Of a DNA stretch of 64,000 nt, positions 35,239 to 47,364 are shown piece by piece. Both the position numbers and the translations under genes were made by a program. Below the pieces are notes generated by a model. It saw only the letters and a program-made list of their open reading frames with translations. It did no database searches and was not told the DNA's origin. Numbering within the stretch: position 1 is the first letter of the stretch; every line of letters starts with the position of its first letter. This stretch comes from Guillardia theta CCMP2712 (lineage: Eukaryota > Protista > Cryptophyta), in assembly GCF_000315625.1 (NCBI RefSeq), contig NW_005434669.1, positions 775,138 to 839,137 of the forward strand, given 5' to 3'.

Positions 35239-36746
35239 TCCTGTTCCTGTTCCTCCTTCTCTTCCTCTTGCCTTCTTGTTCGTCTCGTTGCCCTTCCAAC
35301 TCGTTCCATCCCGTTGTTCTTCCTCCTCCCATTTCTCATCAGCCCGGGCAGGCGTCAAGTTCATGGCTGGAGACAGCGTGGGTGTCTTGCTCGACTGCGA
35401 TCAGAAGAGACTTTCCTTTATAGTGGAAGGGGTGAGTGTGGACGAGGAGGGGGAGAGGAGAGATGGTAGCGGATGATGGGGATGGTACAGCCAAGGTTGG
35501 GATGAGAGGCAGGAGTGGTAGAAAGAATGGTAGAACGAAGAGAAGGAGAAGGAAGAGGTGGGAGAGGAAGAATATGAGGAAGAGGAGGAAGAGAAGGAGG
35601 AAGAGGAGGTGGAAGAGGAGGAAGAGGGAGAGGAATATGAGGAAGAGGAGGAAGAGAAGGAGGAAGAGGAGGTGGAAGAGGAGAGGGAGAGGAAGAGGAA
35701 GAGGAAGAGATCTGTGCTTTTCTTATATGGCGTGGCAGGTGCCTCAAGGGATCGCCTTTGATGACTTACCCGAGGGCTCGAGCTTCTGGCCAGCTGTAAG
35801 AGATGAGAAAGGACGAGGCGAGAGGAGGCAGGGGAGAGTGGATGAGGAGGAGAAAGAAGGGAGTTGGGAGGAGAGAAGGGGAGTAGGATGAGGTGATGGG
35901 AGATGTGAAGGAGGAGGAGGAGGAGGAGGAGGAGGAGGTTAAGGAGTGATCTGCAGGTGGGTCTGCATACAGAAGGAGTGATCATATCGATTGAGCACAA
36001 GAGCGCGGCAGCTTTCCTGGAGAAGAGGAGGAAGGAGCTGGAGGAGCTGGTGGTGGGGAGGAGAATAAAAAAACAGGTGAGATAATGTTGAAGACAAAGT
36101 GGGATGTTCGCAGAAAGTGGTGCAAGTAGAGGCTTTAGGGGAGAGGAGGAGGACGTGCCGGTGTGTGTGTGGGGGGGGAGGGTAAGAGAGGGGAATGAAG
36201 ACATAGGTGATCTGTTTTAACTGACACTTTCCAAGTTCCCCGACGGCGTTTGGCGGAATGGAAAGGTGAGCAACGAATGGCTGCAATCAAGGGAGAGGGG
36301 AAGCAAAGAGAGGAAGGGATTTTGGAAGATCGTGGACAAAGAGAAGGGAATGGGGAGGAAAGGGATGAGTGGAGGGAGGGTAAAGAGGGATCGAGGATGA
36401 GGAGGGGGGGGAGGAGAAGGTTGCAGCTAGAATGCGATCAGGGGATTGACACCAGCTTGCAGATCAAGGAAAAGTTGAGTGAAGAGACCTTCATGGTAAA
36501 ATCACACTGACATCTTTTGATTCCGTTTTCTGTTCCTCTTCTTCGAGCTCTTTCTCTTCGTCGCGATTTTCCTCAGCCTGTCCCTGCCTGTCTTTTGCTC
36601 TCCCGCTCTTTCCCCTCCATCAACTCTCCTTCCCCTTCACTCCTCTATCTTACCTGTCGCAGGTTCGCTTTGACGGCGGGCAGGACCTGCAAGTTCGCTG
36701 TGGGGTGGAGGACGGGGTGGAACTTCTGGCCGACGAGGCCCAGTGA
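29257..36746 (+). CDS. Large multi-exon protein: extended PHD finger, Tudor-like segment, 2 LysM-like repeats and SPRY/B30.2 domain (possibly two genes)
   Basis: ePHD: VHEYCALFSPQVY...CALCNLSGASIGCYICSQKSYHFPCA. LysM-like: ETPKSLARKFAVDLKELMELN and ETPRSIAKRLKVDVNIVLDFN. SPRY: FMAGDSVGVLLDCDQKRLSFIVEGVPQGIAF...FWPAV. Confidence 0.65.
35147..35252. repeat. Intronic hexamer microsatellite (CCTGTT/CCTGCT)n
   Basis: Read directly from the sequence. Confidence 0.9.
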
Positions 36747-37093
36747 CGTAGGAGCGATGACGAAGCAGGGGAAGGATAACTTGCCAGAAGGGACTGGATA
36801 GTGGAGACGACGGAAATAGGTGGAGGAGGGAGCAGGAGGAACAGATGGAGTAGGAAGTGAAGGAGGAGCAGGAGGGGCAATTTTGGGGGGGGGGGGGGGG
36901 GGGGCAGGGGGAGCCGGGAGGACTGAACAGCCGCTTCACTCGCATGCGCTATGTACAGTTAATAGTTCCTACAAGGAAAACTAAATAATAAAACCCAGAG
37001 ACCGACTCGTGAGCCTTAAGATGGGCGGAGAGAGAAGGCAGAGGGAGGAGGAGGAGGAGGGCAGGGGAGGAGACGAGGGGAGGAGGGGAGAGG

Positions 37094-39500
37094 TTACTGT
37101 GCCGCAGCTTCCTGCGCGTCAAGCGCCTGGTGCAGCCAAGTAAGAGAGCCGGAGGAGGCGATCAAAAGTTGAAGGAAGAAACGTGAGGAGGACGAGGAAG
37201 AGGGCATACGAAGGAGAGCAAGGGGCAGCGAGCGATGGGGAGAGAAGAGAGGACGAGAGAAAGCAGGGAAGCAGACAAGGGAAGTCGGAGGGGGAGGAGA
37301 CCTTGAAATATGACTGCTTCTTTCCTCTCCTCCTGATGTCAGTGGTGACGCAGTGGAAAGAGCCTCCGAACTCGAAGACGTTGCGGAAGGGGACGGGGAT
37401 CGTGTCGAAACCCTGCGAGGAGAGTTAAAGCAGGTGAGGGAAGGAGCAAGGGAGAGCTGGAGCAAGAGACGCAGAAGAAAGGCCGAGGAGAGATGGAGAG
37501 GGAAGGGGAACAGAAGAATCAGGAAGAAGAAGAGAGAGGAGGATAGAAGAGGGAGAGGGAGGGGAAGGGAGAGGGAGAAGCTGATGAGATCCTCACGTAG
37601 TCGTTGAAGAGGTTCATCATCTCCTTCTCCGTCTCCTCACAAAAGATGACTTTCTCGCTGAGGGACAGGACGTTCATGCACAGCCAAGGGGAGCACTGGG
37701 ACAGAGCGGGCATCTCCATGGTGTTGGGTTGAGCTGCTGTTATGAGCTTCCAGTCGTTCTCCTGCTCAGCAAAATCACACCTTCCTCCTCGTCCCCGATC
37801 CCTCACTTGTACTCTTCATCCCCTCCCCTTCATCCCCCTCCGCCTCTCTTGTTTGCGTGATCTTGTTCCCTGCTGCCCACTTCCTTCACCCCTCTCGGGC
37901 CTCCTTCTACCTTCTCCCGTTCAATTCTCTCCTCTCTCTACGTATCCACCCTCTCTCCGAGCGATCTCATCCTCTCATCCTCATTCTCACCTCGAAGATC
38001 CTCCTCTCAAACGGCTCCATGGGCCGAGCAGGGTTCTCGAGCGCCAGGTAAGGGCGGAGGGGGACGAACGTTGCATCGCAGTGGAAGGGGCAGAGGTCGT
38101 CGGGGAAATGCAGCATGTGCGCGCGCATGCCCCTTGAAGCGCAATGCCTCCTCAGCCACTCAAACCCAAACTCGTTGGTGGTGAATCCCATGTGAACGAA
38201 GATGTCCTTTCCGAACCTCATGATGTCCGCTGCGTCAAAGATCGGCTCCTCCTCCGACGTCAGGTATATGTAGTTGCGCACGAGCTCCTTGTTCTTGGCC
38301 GAGTAGTCTGTCGGGTAGTCTGAGCGGTAGAGGTTGTCCGCCATGAGCGGCTTTGGGGCGCAGGTCCAGAGCATGCAAGGATCTCTCTTCATGTAGTCCT
38401 TGAGAATGCCGCGGTAGCTGCAGGGGAAGCTTCAGAAAGAAGGAGGAAGAGGGACAGAGCGAGGAGGCGAGACGGAGGGGAGAGGGAGAAAGGAGGAAAC
38501 ATCAGCTTACGGGCGATACTCAAAGAAGCGCGACCGCCATGACATGGTAGCTTCGATCACTTCATTTCCTGTCACACAAAAATCAGTTCTCCCCTTTCCT
38601 TCTTCGCTGTCCAGTTTCTCCCTTCCTCCCTTGATAATCTGACCCTGTTCTAACGCTCACCAAGTGTTAGGAGAAGGTCGCGAGGGCATGCGGAGGTGTT
38701 CATTCGCGGGACCTCCCAGTCAGGCGTCTTAACGGGGACGTTGAAGTCGACGACATCAGGTCGGCGGACAACAACTCCCTCTCCCTGCCCATCACCCTTG
38801 TCAGTCTCGAAACATCCACGATTGTTGCAAGAAGAAGAGGAGCTACAAGGGACAAGGCATGTGAGGAGGAGGAGGAGGAGGTGGAGGAGGTGAAGGAGGT
38901 GGAGGAGGTGAAGGAGGAGGAGGAGGAGGTGGTGGTGGTGGTGGTGGTGGGCTAAATGACCTCGAGCAGCTCTACGAAGTAGTTCAACTGATCGTTTGCC
39001 ATCTTGATCGACTGTTCTGTCCTGTATCCTACCGAGCTGCATGTCAGGTCTAGATTAGTCACAGACCCCCCTCCTGCTACCTGTGCCCTCAAGCATGTGG
39101 ATCTTCCCAGAGTCCTTCACTTTCATCTGCGCAACTCACTTCAGCAAGGACCAGCCGGATGTTGTTTCTCGCTGCACCTCAAACGCCGGCTCTTTGGGAG
39201 GGATCACAGCCTTGTCTGCGATCCCAACGATGATCTCTTCCAAGGTGTCCCACTCATTCCATGAGTTGACCAGACCCTTCTGCGAGCACTGGTGAGACAT
39301 GGAGAAATTCGGAGGTGCAGGACACAACAAGAAAACGAGGTGAAGGGAGAGACGGTAAGAGAACATAACGCAGATCAAGGATTCAAGCATAGCACGGCAT
39401 AGGCGCTATTCACCTCATTTCCGAGGGACTTTCGAAAAGCAGAGACAGGAGCTGTCGTCTTGGTCTTCTTTGGTGCGTGTGGGTGATCGTTCTCGCTCAT
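37094..39500 (-). CDS. GATM: Glycine amidinotransferase-like (L-arginine amidinotransferase), multi-exon
   Basis: VNSWNEWDTLEEIIVG, SACPRDLLL, FDAADIMRFGKDIFV, PFHCDATFVPLRP, WLCMNVLSL and GGSFHCVTTDIRRRG. The Asp-His-Cys catalytic motifs are present. Confidence 0.88.
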
Positions 39501-41612
39501 GATGCCAGCCTGCACGAAGAGGGTTAGCAAAGGATCACTTCATTTCGATGGAACGTTGCGAATATTGTGAGCATTGTGAGTTTCATGCTACATTCACACC
39601 GAATTGCGAGCTGCTAAAAAGTTTCTAGCAAGATAATGGGTGATCCTGTTTACGGGGCGAAATATTCATTACGCAACAATGATGATGACAACAACGGAAC
39701 GGGATTGTGCCACTGGCTCCACAAAATCAAATCAAAATCTTGGGGGAGAACTGTTTCTACATATGAAAAGAGTGCATGTCGCAATGACAGTCCGTACGAA
39801 TCTCCTACAAACAAATAGTGATCCAAGGCACATGCAAGCAAATGAAACAGTCAAAACATCCTGAATAGGTTGCATTGACACATTCCGGTCACATCCGAGC
39901 ATTGGGAGATGTGATGAAAAGGCAGGAATCCAGTGGATGAGGACTGGGGGGTCCCGGGGAACGCGCAAGGAAGCTGCGATGGGATTCGAGGCGCAGCTCA
40001 CGCATTTTCATCAGTGTCAGCGCAGCGTGAGTGGTAGTTGGTACCACCATGGGGGTTGTCATGCATGGGGTAGGTCTATTCTATCCCGGGGGTAGGTAGG
40101 TTGACGGTATAGTACGGGTACTCCATTGTATAATGTGAACTTGACTTTGGGAAGAGCGTCGGGTCATCGACTCACCCACCTCGGTGATACCGGATACCTG
40201 ACCAGACCTTGGGTCCCTTCTACCAGGTAGGGGTGGTGTATACTACCAGGGGATGTTAAAAATACGATTCGGGACCAGATCACACATAGTGGGTAGGGGT
40301 GATATTTTCGATGAGGTGGGGTCATTTTCGAAGGTGGGTGGTTAGTGCATCCTAGTCCACTCTAAGGAAAGGAAGTACCCTACCCTATCTCAGGCCTCGC
40401 CTCCGATAGGGTCAATTTTAGTACCCACCCCGTGACAAAGACGCACATTTCCACCGGTCAATGCTACCGTGTACCCACCCCCAAAATTATTCAATCCCGG
40501 GTCAACACCACATTCAGGAGGTACATGGAATAGTAAATGAGGGGGTAGTGTAAAACCTCCTACCATCATTATTGGACCCCGATGGGTACCACCCCACATG
40601 TTAACAACCATAATAATCTTCCACCCCCCAAATTTTTCACCCACCCACCTCTGCTCTACTTCCCCCACATCGTTGCTCATATTTTTTGGGGGGAGGATCC
40701 CCGGACGAGCACCCCTCAAGCACCACCCCCTGCAAATTAGATGACCCGGTTTTTCTCCATCTTAATACCCACCTTTCTCTCTCGGCCGTTGATCAATGAT
40801 ACCACCCCACCTATCTTTCAAGATCTGTATATCTTGAGCCCTCGGCCCATCACAACTACCCACCCCTTCTGGCAAGATTCTTCTACACTACCCCTATCTC
40901 CCCATGTACCCCCAAAAATCAGAACCCCCTTGTGATCCGAGTTTTCATCCCGTCATTGGCCGACTTACCAGCTAAACATCTACCCTACCCAAGTACCCTA
41001 CCCTATTTCAACCGGAGGTGATGACTTAAACAGGTGTGGGGGAATCCTGGACCCACCCATGAACTGCAAAATTGTTCATTCGAGGTACCCACCTTGAGCA
41101 AAGTATGTCAATCATCACCCTACCCATGAATGTACCATCAAAGTCCTCTCTTTTCCCTACACCCCTACCCTCGCTCCCTATTCTCAGCCTCCCTTCCCTG
41201 CCTCCCTCTGCCTCCCTTTCCTCCCCTCCCCTCCCCTCCCCTCCCCCTCAGATTTCGACCTTCACGCTTTCCCCCAGTCTCTACATCCTTCGCCCTGGTC
41301 CTCTTTCCCCATGTTTCATTCACCACCCCTCCCACAAAACCATCCACCCTTCTCTCTACATCCTTCCCAAGGACCCCTCCCTCATATTGATTGTTATCCA
41401 CCCACCCTTGAGAAGCATGACCTGTCGGTCAACTTACCGAGACATAGAGAACCACCCTACCCTATCTGACCCCCCTTCGAACGCCGCCACTGTCAACAAG
41501 TCCCTCAGGGGTGGTCCGGTAAAAGTCATTGTTGATCTGTATATGGTTTTTGTACCTGATCCAAGTCTGGTACCCAAATATCTACATCTTCCCAATCAAA
41601 ACAGTACCACGG

Positions 41613-41700
41613 CTGATTATCCTCGTACTAAATCTTTACCTAACTTTGAGTAAACACTGCAGCGGCAAAGGATCGGGCCCGGTGGGCCGGGTGCAGTAGC
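41613..41700 (-). repeat. 42-bp motif copy (minus strand, 41613-41654) with a minimal palindrome island
   Basis: Reverse complement reads TTTACTCAAAGTTAGGTAAAGATTTAGTACGAGGATAATCAG, followed on the plus strand by GGGCCCGGTGGGCCGGG. Confidence 0.85.
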
Positions 41701-41783
41701 TCCGACAAAACTGCAAATACTGAAAAACTGCTGGTCCATGAGGTATATGACGAGTTCGAGTGGTCGCAAAGGCCGATCCATGG

Positions 41784-44297
41784 ATGGCGGGCCGGGTGTT
41801 GATGGTGGCGCTGGTAGCGCTGACGGCAGGGCAGGGACAAGAGACATGGCTGCATCATGACAGAGCGGATCATCCTGCTCCTCCCTTCTGCCAGCCTCTC
41901 CTTCACGCTGAGTGTTCTCTCCGCTCGGAAGAGGCTCCAGCCCTGCCGTGCCTGCGGGTGGTGGGAGGTAGAGGGAAGTTGAAGCAAATGTCGAAGGGGG
42001 CAAAAGTGAGGAGGCAGAAGAAGAAGAAACAAACTCGGAAACAAAAGAGAGAGGATGAAAGAAAGAAGAGAAAGGAGGAGTTTTCTATGGAGCCAGTGAG
42101 GATCGGCGGAGGGCTCGTTCATCCAACGCGCCTTGGAGGAGTTACGAAGGAAGACGTGAAGGAGACCCTGCAGCAGAAGAAACAGCCTCTCAGCAGGATC
42201 AAATCGAGGCTAAAGTTGAAGCAGCCGACCAAGAAAGCCATGGCGGGGGAGATAGGGCACTATCCGCGGAAAGCAAATTTCATGCCGAAGCGTGACAGGA
42301 GGAAACTGAGAAAGTTGCAAGCCTTGCAAGCACTCAAGCAAAGGAAGGACTCCATCGCGGGGCAGAAAAGGCAAGCAAGTCAGGTTGCCGGGAGGAATGA
42401 GGAGGAGGAGGAGGAGGAGGAGTCTTCAGAGTCAAAGGCAGACGGGTCTGAGCAGGCTGTGGCATCGGACGAGAGTTTGTATGAGGGGGACTTTGAAACT
42501 CTTGAGGAGGAGAAAAAGCACAGGGAGATGCTTGCTCGCAGATCGCTTCTTTCCGTGCAAGGCAAGGAGGACAGGCTGCAGAGCTTTGTGTCTCAGCAAT
42601 CAGGTTACCCGCACGGCAAGAAAGGCTTGCATAGGAACCTTACGCCCGAGAACTTGGCTGAAGCTGGTTTCCGGTACCTGCCAGACTGCGCGGGATCTGA
42701 TCAGACAGTTTTTGAGCAGACGGGAGAGCTGTTCAAGGACTGGCAGAAAGATGATGTGCCGATGCAGATCAGCGTTGGTTTGCTCGAGAACATGTACTGG
42801 TCAAAACGATTCTCTTCAACCTCGAGCGAGGTAGCGAGACAGATCGAGTTTACGTACAGAGTGCTGGGGAACACAGAGGAGGCAGAGAGATGGCATCGAA
42901 TCTCACTAGAGGAGGCTCAAGCGAAGCAGGAAGAAGCTGGAGCAGAAGCTCTTTCAAGACCGGAGAGAGCCCTCGCAATCGCCGATGACGTCATCCGTGA
43001 CGCCTTAGCCGAGGATGAGATGGACAAGGTCTTGAAGGAGAACGCTTTGACTTGGAAGCAGCGCGCACAGCAGCTCACGCAGCTTCCGAAACGGGGAAAG
43101 TTTGAGTGGGAGAAGTACATGGAGGGGGATGCTTCCAACGCCATCCCGATGGTCACAAACGAGCATACGGAGGGAAGGGAGAGGAAAGCGAGGCCGATCG
43201 ACCCCCAGGAGTCGATGATGCTCAAGGTAATGAAGGAGGACATTTCTCTATCTGTGAATTTCCGCGAGGAGACGGTGCTGCTCAACAACCTCTCCTTCCC
43301 CCTGCCTACCTCTGCCCCGTGCAAGTTCGACGACTTGGAGGTGGAGGGAGATAGGTTAAATGGTGTGAACTTCTCTCAATCGGGCATGCGAGTTGTCAGG
43401 GTCGATGTCTCTGCACACCCCATCGTCCGCTGGGCCACTAATCTCCTCACGGGAGCCGATAAGCGCAAGAGGAGCAGCTGGAGCCTGCGGGTGGTGAAGA
43501 ACAAGGGAAGGATCGTTGTGGGCTTTCTTGGGAGCAGCCTGCAGTCCTCCTACAACCTTGAGCTGAACTCTGCCGTGAACGGATTCCTGCTCGACAGCAA
43601 CGGGAAGGCGGTGCGAACGTCAGAGGACATCTTGCGCCCTGACAGGCTGGGAGAGAGGCAGATGAATGTGCTCGAGCTTGCAAAGCTCCATCGCAAACTG
43701 GTCACAGGAGAGTGCAGGAGGAACGCGACCGTGATCTCCGTGCGAGAGCCTCCTTCCTCCTCCCCTGATGCCAAGTCGCATCTGGACCTCTCTTTCGGCC
43801 AGGACTCCATCATCGTCCTTACCATCGACCGCCGGAGGCAGCGAGCAAGGATCGACGTTTACAAGTCCCAGCTGCTGGACCATGTGGGAGGGTTGGGACG
43901 TGTGTCCACGGGACGACTCGAGTCGGTCGTCTCCTTCAGGATCCAGGGGGTAGCCAACGACTCTGTGCCGTTCGTGGTCTTGGAGGAGTACGGGGATACT
44001 GTTGACCTGATGACGAGGAGGACCTTCAAGAAGGAGCTTATGCGCATGATCGACCCCTTCTACGTGGGCGGGAGGAAGAGGAGGAAGAGGAGGAGGCTTC
44101 CTCCGGTGGACCGAGAGGACCTGTACGTGGAGCGGGTGAAGGATGCGATAAAGGAAGAGCGGGCTAGAGGTAAGGCTGCAGGCTTGCTCAAACTCTCGCT
44201 GATGTTCTGCTCCGCAGAGAAAGAAAGGATCAGGCAGATCTTGAGGGAGGACGAGAGCAACGAGCCGGGCGACTATCAGTCAGCGTCCTCGGACTGA
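41784..44297 (+). CDS. Intronless 837-aa protein: signal peptide, basic and acidic tracts, degenerate BIR-like domain, SPRY-like C-terminal region
   Basis: Uninterrupted ORF. Signal MAGRVLMVALVALTAG; BIR-like RLQSF...YPH...LTPENLAEAGFRY...DQT...W...DD; SPRY-like SWSLRVVKNKGRIVVGF...SFGQDSIIVLTID. Confidence 0.8.
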   Translation: MAGRVLMVALVALTAGQGQETWLHHDRADHPAPPFCQPLLHAECSLRSEEAPALPCLRVVGGRGKLKQMSKGAKVRRQKKKKQTRKQKREDERKKRKEEFSMEPVRIGGGLVHPTRLGGVTKEDVKETLQQKKQPLSRIKSRLKLKQPTKKAMAGEIGHYPRKANFMPKRDRRKLRKLQALQALKQRKDSIAGQKRQASQVAGRNEEEEEEEESSESKADGSEQAVASDESLYEGDFETLEEEKKHREMLARRSLLSVQGKEDRLQSFVSQQSGYPHGKKGLHRNLTPENLAEAGFRYLPDCAGSDQTVFEQTGELFKDWQKDDVPMQISVGLLENMYWSKRFSSTSSEVARQIEFTYRVLGNTEEAERWHRISLEEAQAKQEEAGAEALSRPERALAIADDVIRDALAEDEMDKVLKENALTWKQRAQQLTQLPKRGKFEWEKYMEGDASNAIPMVTNEHTEGRERKARPIDPQESMMLKVMKEDISLSVNFREETVLLNNLSFPLPTSAPCKFDDLEVEGDRLNGVNFSQSGMRVVRVDVSAHPIVRWATNLLTGADKRKRSSWSLRVVKNKGRIVVGFLGSSLQSSYNLELNSAVNGFLLDSNGKAVRTSEDILRPDRLGERQMNVLELAKLHRKLVTGECRRNATVISVREPPSSSPDAKSHLDLSFGQDSIIVLTIDRRRQRARIDVYKSQLLDHVGGLGRVSTGRLESVVSFRIQGVANDSVPFVVLEEYGDTVDLMTRRTFKKELMRMIDPFYVGGRKRRKRRRLPPVDREDLYVERVKDAIKEERARGKAAGLLKLSLMFCSAEKERIRQILREDESNEPGDYQSASSD

Positions 44298-44474
44298 TAC
44301 GACCGGTGGGCTGCAGTCCGAACAATCTCAGTCACAATCCCCAGCTGGTAGGCTCGGAGGTGCCTCCTAACAAGACCCAGTGTTCCTGGCTGTTTGACAT
44401 GGAGTTGCCTTTCACGGCTCAAGGCCTCAGTTCGATTTTATTCCAACCAGCCTTGAGGGGAACCATGAAAGGTG

Positions 44475-47269
44475 TCAAGTGAAGACTGGTTGCTGCCAGC
44501 TCAGACCCATCGCTGGTTCGAGTTGTAATGGAACGACTTCTTGCGAATCACGTTCTGACAAAGGAACGTCAGGTCTTGCTCCGTCTCCCCACACACAGTC
44601 ATACATCTTTGCCTTCCTTTTCCCTTCCTTCCCTCCTCCCTTACTCTCAACCTCCCCCCATCGTCCTCTTGTATCTCTGCAGACCTGCCTCTCTCCCCAT
44701 CTCTCCCCTTCGCGTGTCAAGCTCTCCTCTCACCGGGTTGTAGTACGCGGGGCCCGGTGCCACGGTCCTCGCCTTGATGTCCACCTCTCTCTCTGTGCTA
44801 GAGACAAACGCCTGTAGCAGCTGAGTGAGCGAGGAGGAGGAGGAGGAGGAGGATGAGGAGGCGGTGGTGGTGGTGGTGGTGGTGCCTGAGGAGGAGGCGG
44901 TTGATGTGGAGGAGGTAGAGAGACAAGGGCGGAGAGACAGAAGGAAGACTAGGGAAGAGAATAGGAAGGAAGAAGGAAGAGGAGGGAAGAGGAGGAGGGA
45001 AGATAGGAGGGAGAAGGCACAATGGATGAGGAGACGGAGGAGACGGAGAGGAGGGGGAGGAGGAGGAGTAGTCTTACCGACATCGTCGCCTCCACTTTTT
45101 GTGATTGATCCTTGAGCACCTGCCGGGAAAGTGAGGAGAGGAAGCGAGAAGAGCAGCAGGGAAGACAAGAGGCAAGAAACGAGGAAGCAAGGCAAGGTAG
45201 AAACAATAGAAGAAAGCTCGAAAAGAAGGCATACGGAGCTGAGGACAAGGAAAGAAGGGAAACCGGGAAGGAAGAAGAGGAGGGCTGGTAAGAGGAGGAC
45301 GGCAGGTGGATCGTGAAAGGAAAGAGGCGGGGAGAAGGTGGGGAGGATGGGATATACCTCGTAAGCACCCGGACCAGGTGTTGCTTTGTATTTCTCTGCT
45401 GGTTGAGCGAACCTGTGGGAGGAGGATTAAGAGGTGGAGGGAGAGAGAGGAGAGGGAGTGGAGGAGAGGAGGGAAAGAGGAGGAGTGAGCAGATAGAAAA
45501 AACAGATGAAAAAGGGGAGCAGGTAGGAAGAGAATATGGCAAAATGGAAGCAGGATCACGACGAAGAAACGATTGCATTGGAGTAGGCTGAAGAGTTGGA
45601 GAATGAGTTACCGGTCTTGTTTCGATGGGACAAATGTCGCCGAATGTCGGAGCTAGCGCATGAAACTTGTTACTGCCTTCCTCTTCCCTCCTCTCCTCCA
45701 GTAACCATCACCTCTCTCCCCCCTCCTCCGAGCATCACCTTCTGCAACGAGTATTCTTCGGCGGCCCGAGGGTTGTAGTATCCTGGTCCTGGCTGTTTTG
45801 CAGAAGCTGTCACGGGGATAACAAAAGATAAGGGAAGAAAGATAGAGACATCATGAAGCTGCGCAGCATGATAAGGGGGAGGGGAGAAGGAGACGCAGGG
45901 ACGGTCGCGAAGGCTCAAGGCGAGCAGAAGAGAGAGAAAGAGAGCAAACGATATGAGGGAGGCGAAGAATGAGATGAGAATGTAGATAACGAGGAAAACG
46001 ATAGATGGGAGAGGAAGAGGAGGAGGAGGAGGAGGAGGAGGAAGAGGAGGAGGAGGAGGAGGAGGAGGAAGAGGAGGAGGAGGAGGAGGAGGAGGAGGAA
46101 GAGGAGGAGGAGGAGGAGGATCACCATCATCTCCGGTTTCAGTTGGTTGGGCTTGATATCCACATGAATGCCGAGCGATGGCCCGAGGGAAGGATGCGGT
46201 TTGAGAGCGTCAAGAGGATTGTCCTGAGATGAAGTGAGAGGAGGGAGAGAGACGGTAAGGAAGTAAGGGAAGGGGGGAGAGGCTGGAAAGACGTGCGAGG
46301 AAGAAACAGATGAGGAGGAAGAAGAGCAGATTGCAGGGATGGATAGAGGAAGAGATGGGATGGAAGAAAGTGAGTCTGCGAAGCAGCAAATGGAGTTGGC
46401 GAAAGAGGAGGATAAACGAGGAGGAGGGAGCAGGAACGGACCCTGCTTGCCCGCATGTAGTCGAATTTCCTTCCAGTGCGACTTCGAAAGGCAGCACTAG
46501 GAACCTGAAGGCACGTGATGAGTAGAATGTGAGATTACGCAGGATGAGGAGCGAGATAGGAGGGAAGAGGATCGACAAAGAGGAGAAGGATAAAGAGATT
46601 GAAGAGGATATGGAGGGGGAAGGTGGGGGGTGCAAAGCAAAGAAGTAATGACGATGGCCGTACGAGGATGAAGAAGAGGAAAATCCCACATTCCCTCCCT
46701 CTCTCTCTCTCCCTCTCCCTCTCCCTCTCCCTCCCCCTCTCCTCACCTTCTTGTTCAGCTCGTTGAAGGCTCCAGTGATCCTTGCGATACTTTCGTAGTC
46801 ATACTCTACCGCCACGCGTCAAGACAATCTGGTAGGACGTTCAACTCACCTCCTGCTCCTTCCCCTGTCCCGTACGCCTGCAGACAAACATCGTGAGGCT
46901 TTCACGCTCTCCTCACCCTTCCCCTCCTCCGTGTTGCCTTCGCCTCCCCACCTTCCTCTTACTTCCCTTTTCTCTTACTTCGCACTGCTCGCCTCCTCCC
47001 TCACCTTCTTGAGCTCGTGGAATCTCTCTGTGCCCGAACTAAAGGGAACTTTCTTCCCAGCATACCGCGGGCTTGTGAGATCGACGCTGGCCTGAGAGAG
47101 AAAATTTAGACCATCAGGTGCACCAGACGAAGGTCAAGGACAGCGCGAAAAATGAAGGAAGAGGAAGGCGAGGATGGCGAGGAGGAGGAGGAGGAGGAGA
47201 AAGAGGAGGAGGAGGAGGAGGAGGAGGAGGAGGAGGAGGAGAAAGAAGAGGAGGAGGTGGTGGAGGAGG

Positions 47270-47320
<51 letters not shown>

Positions 47321-47321
47321 A

Positions 47322-47364
<43 letters not shown>

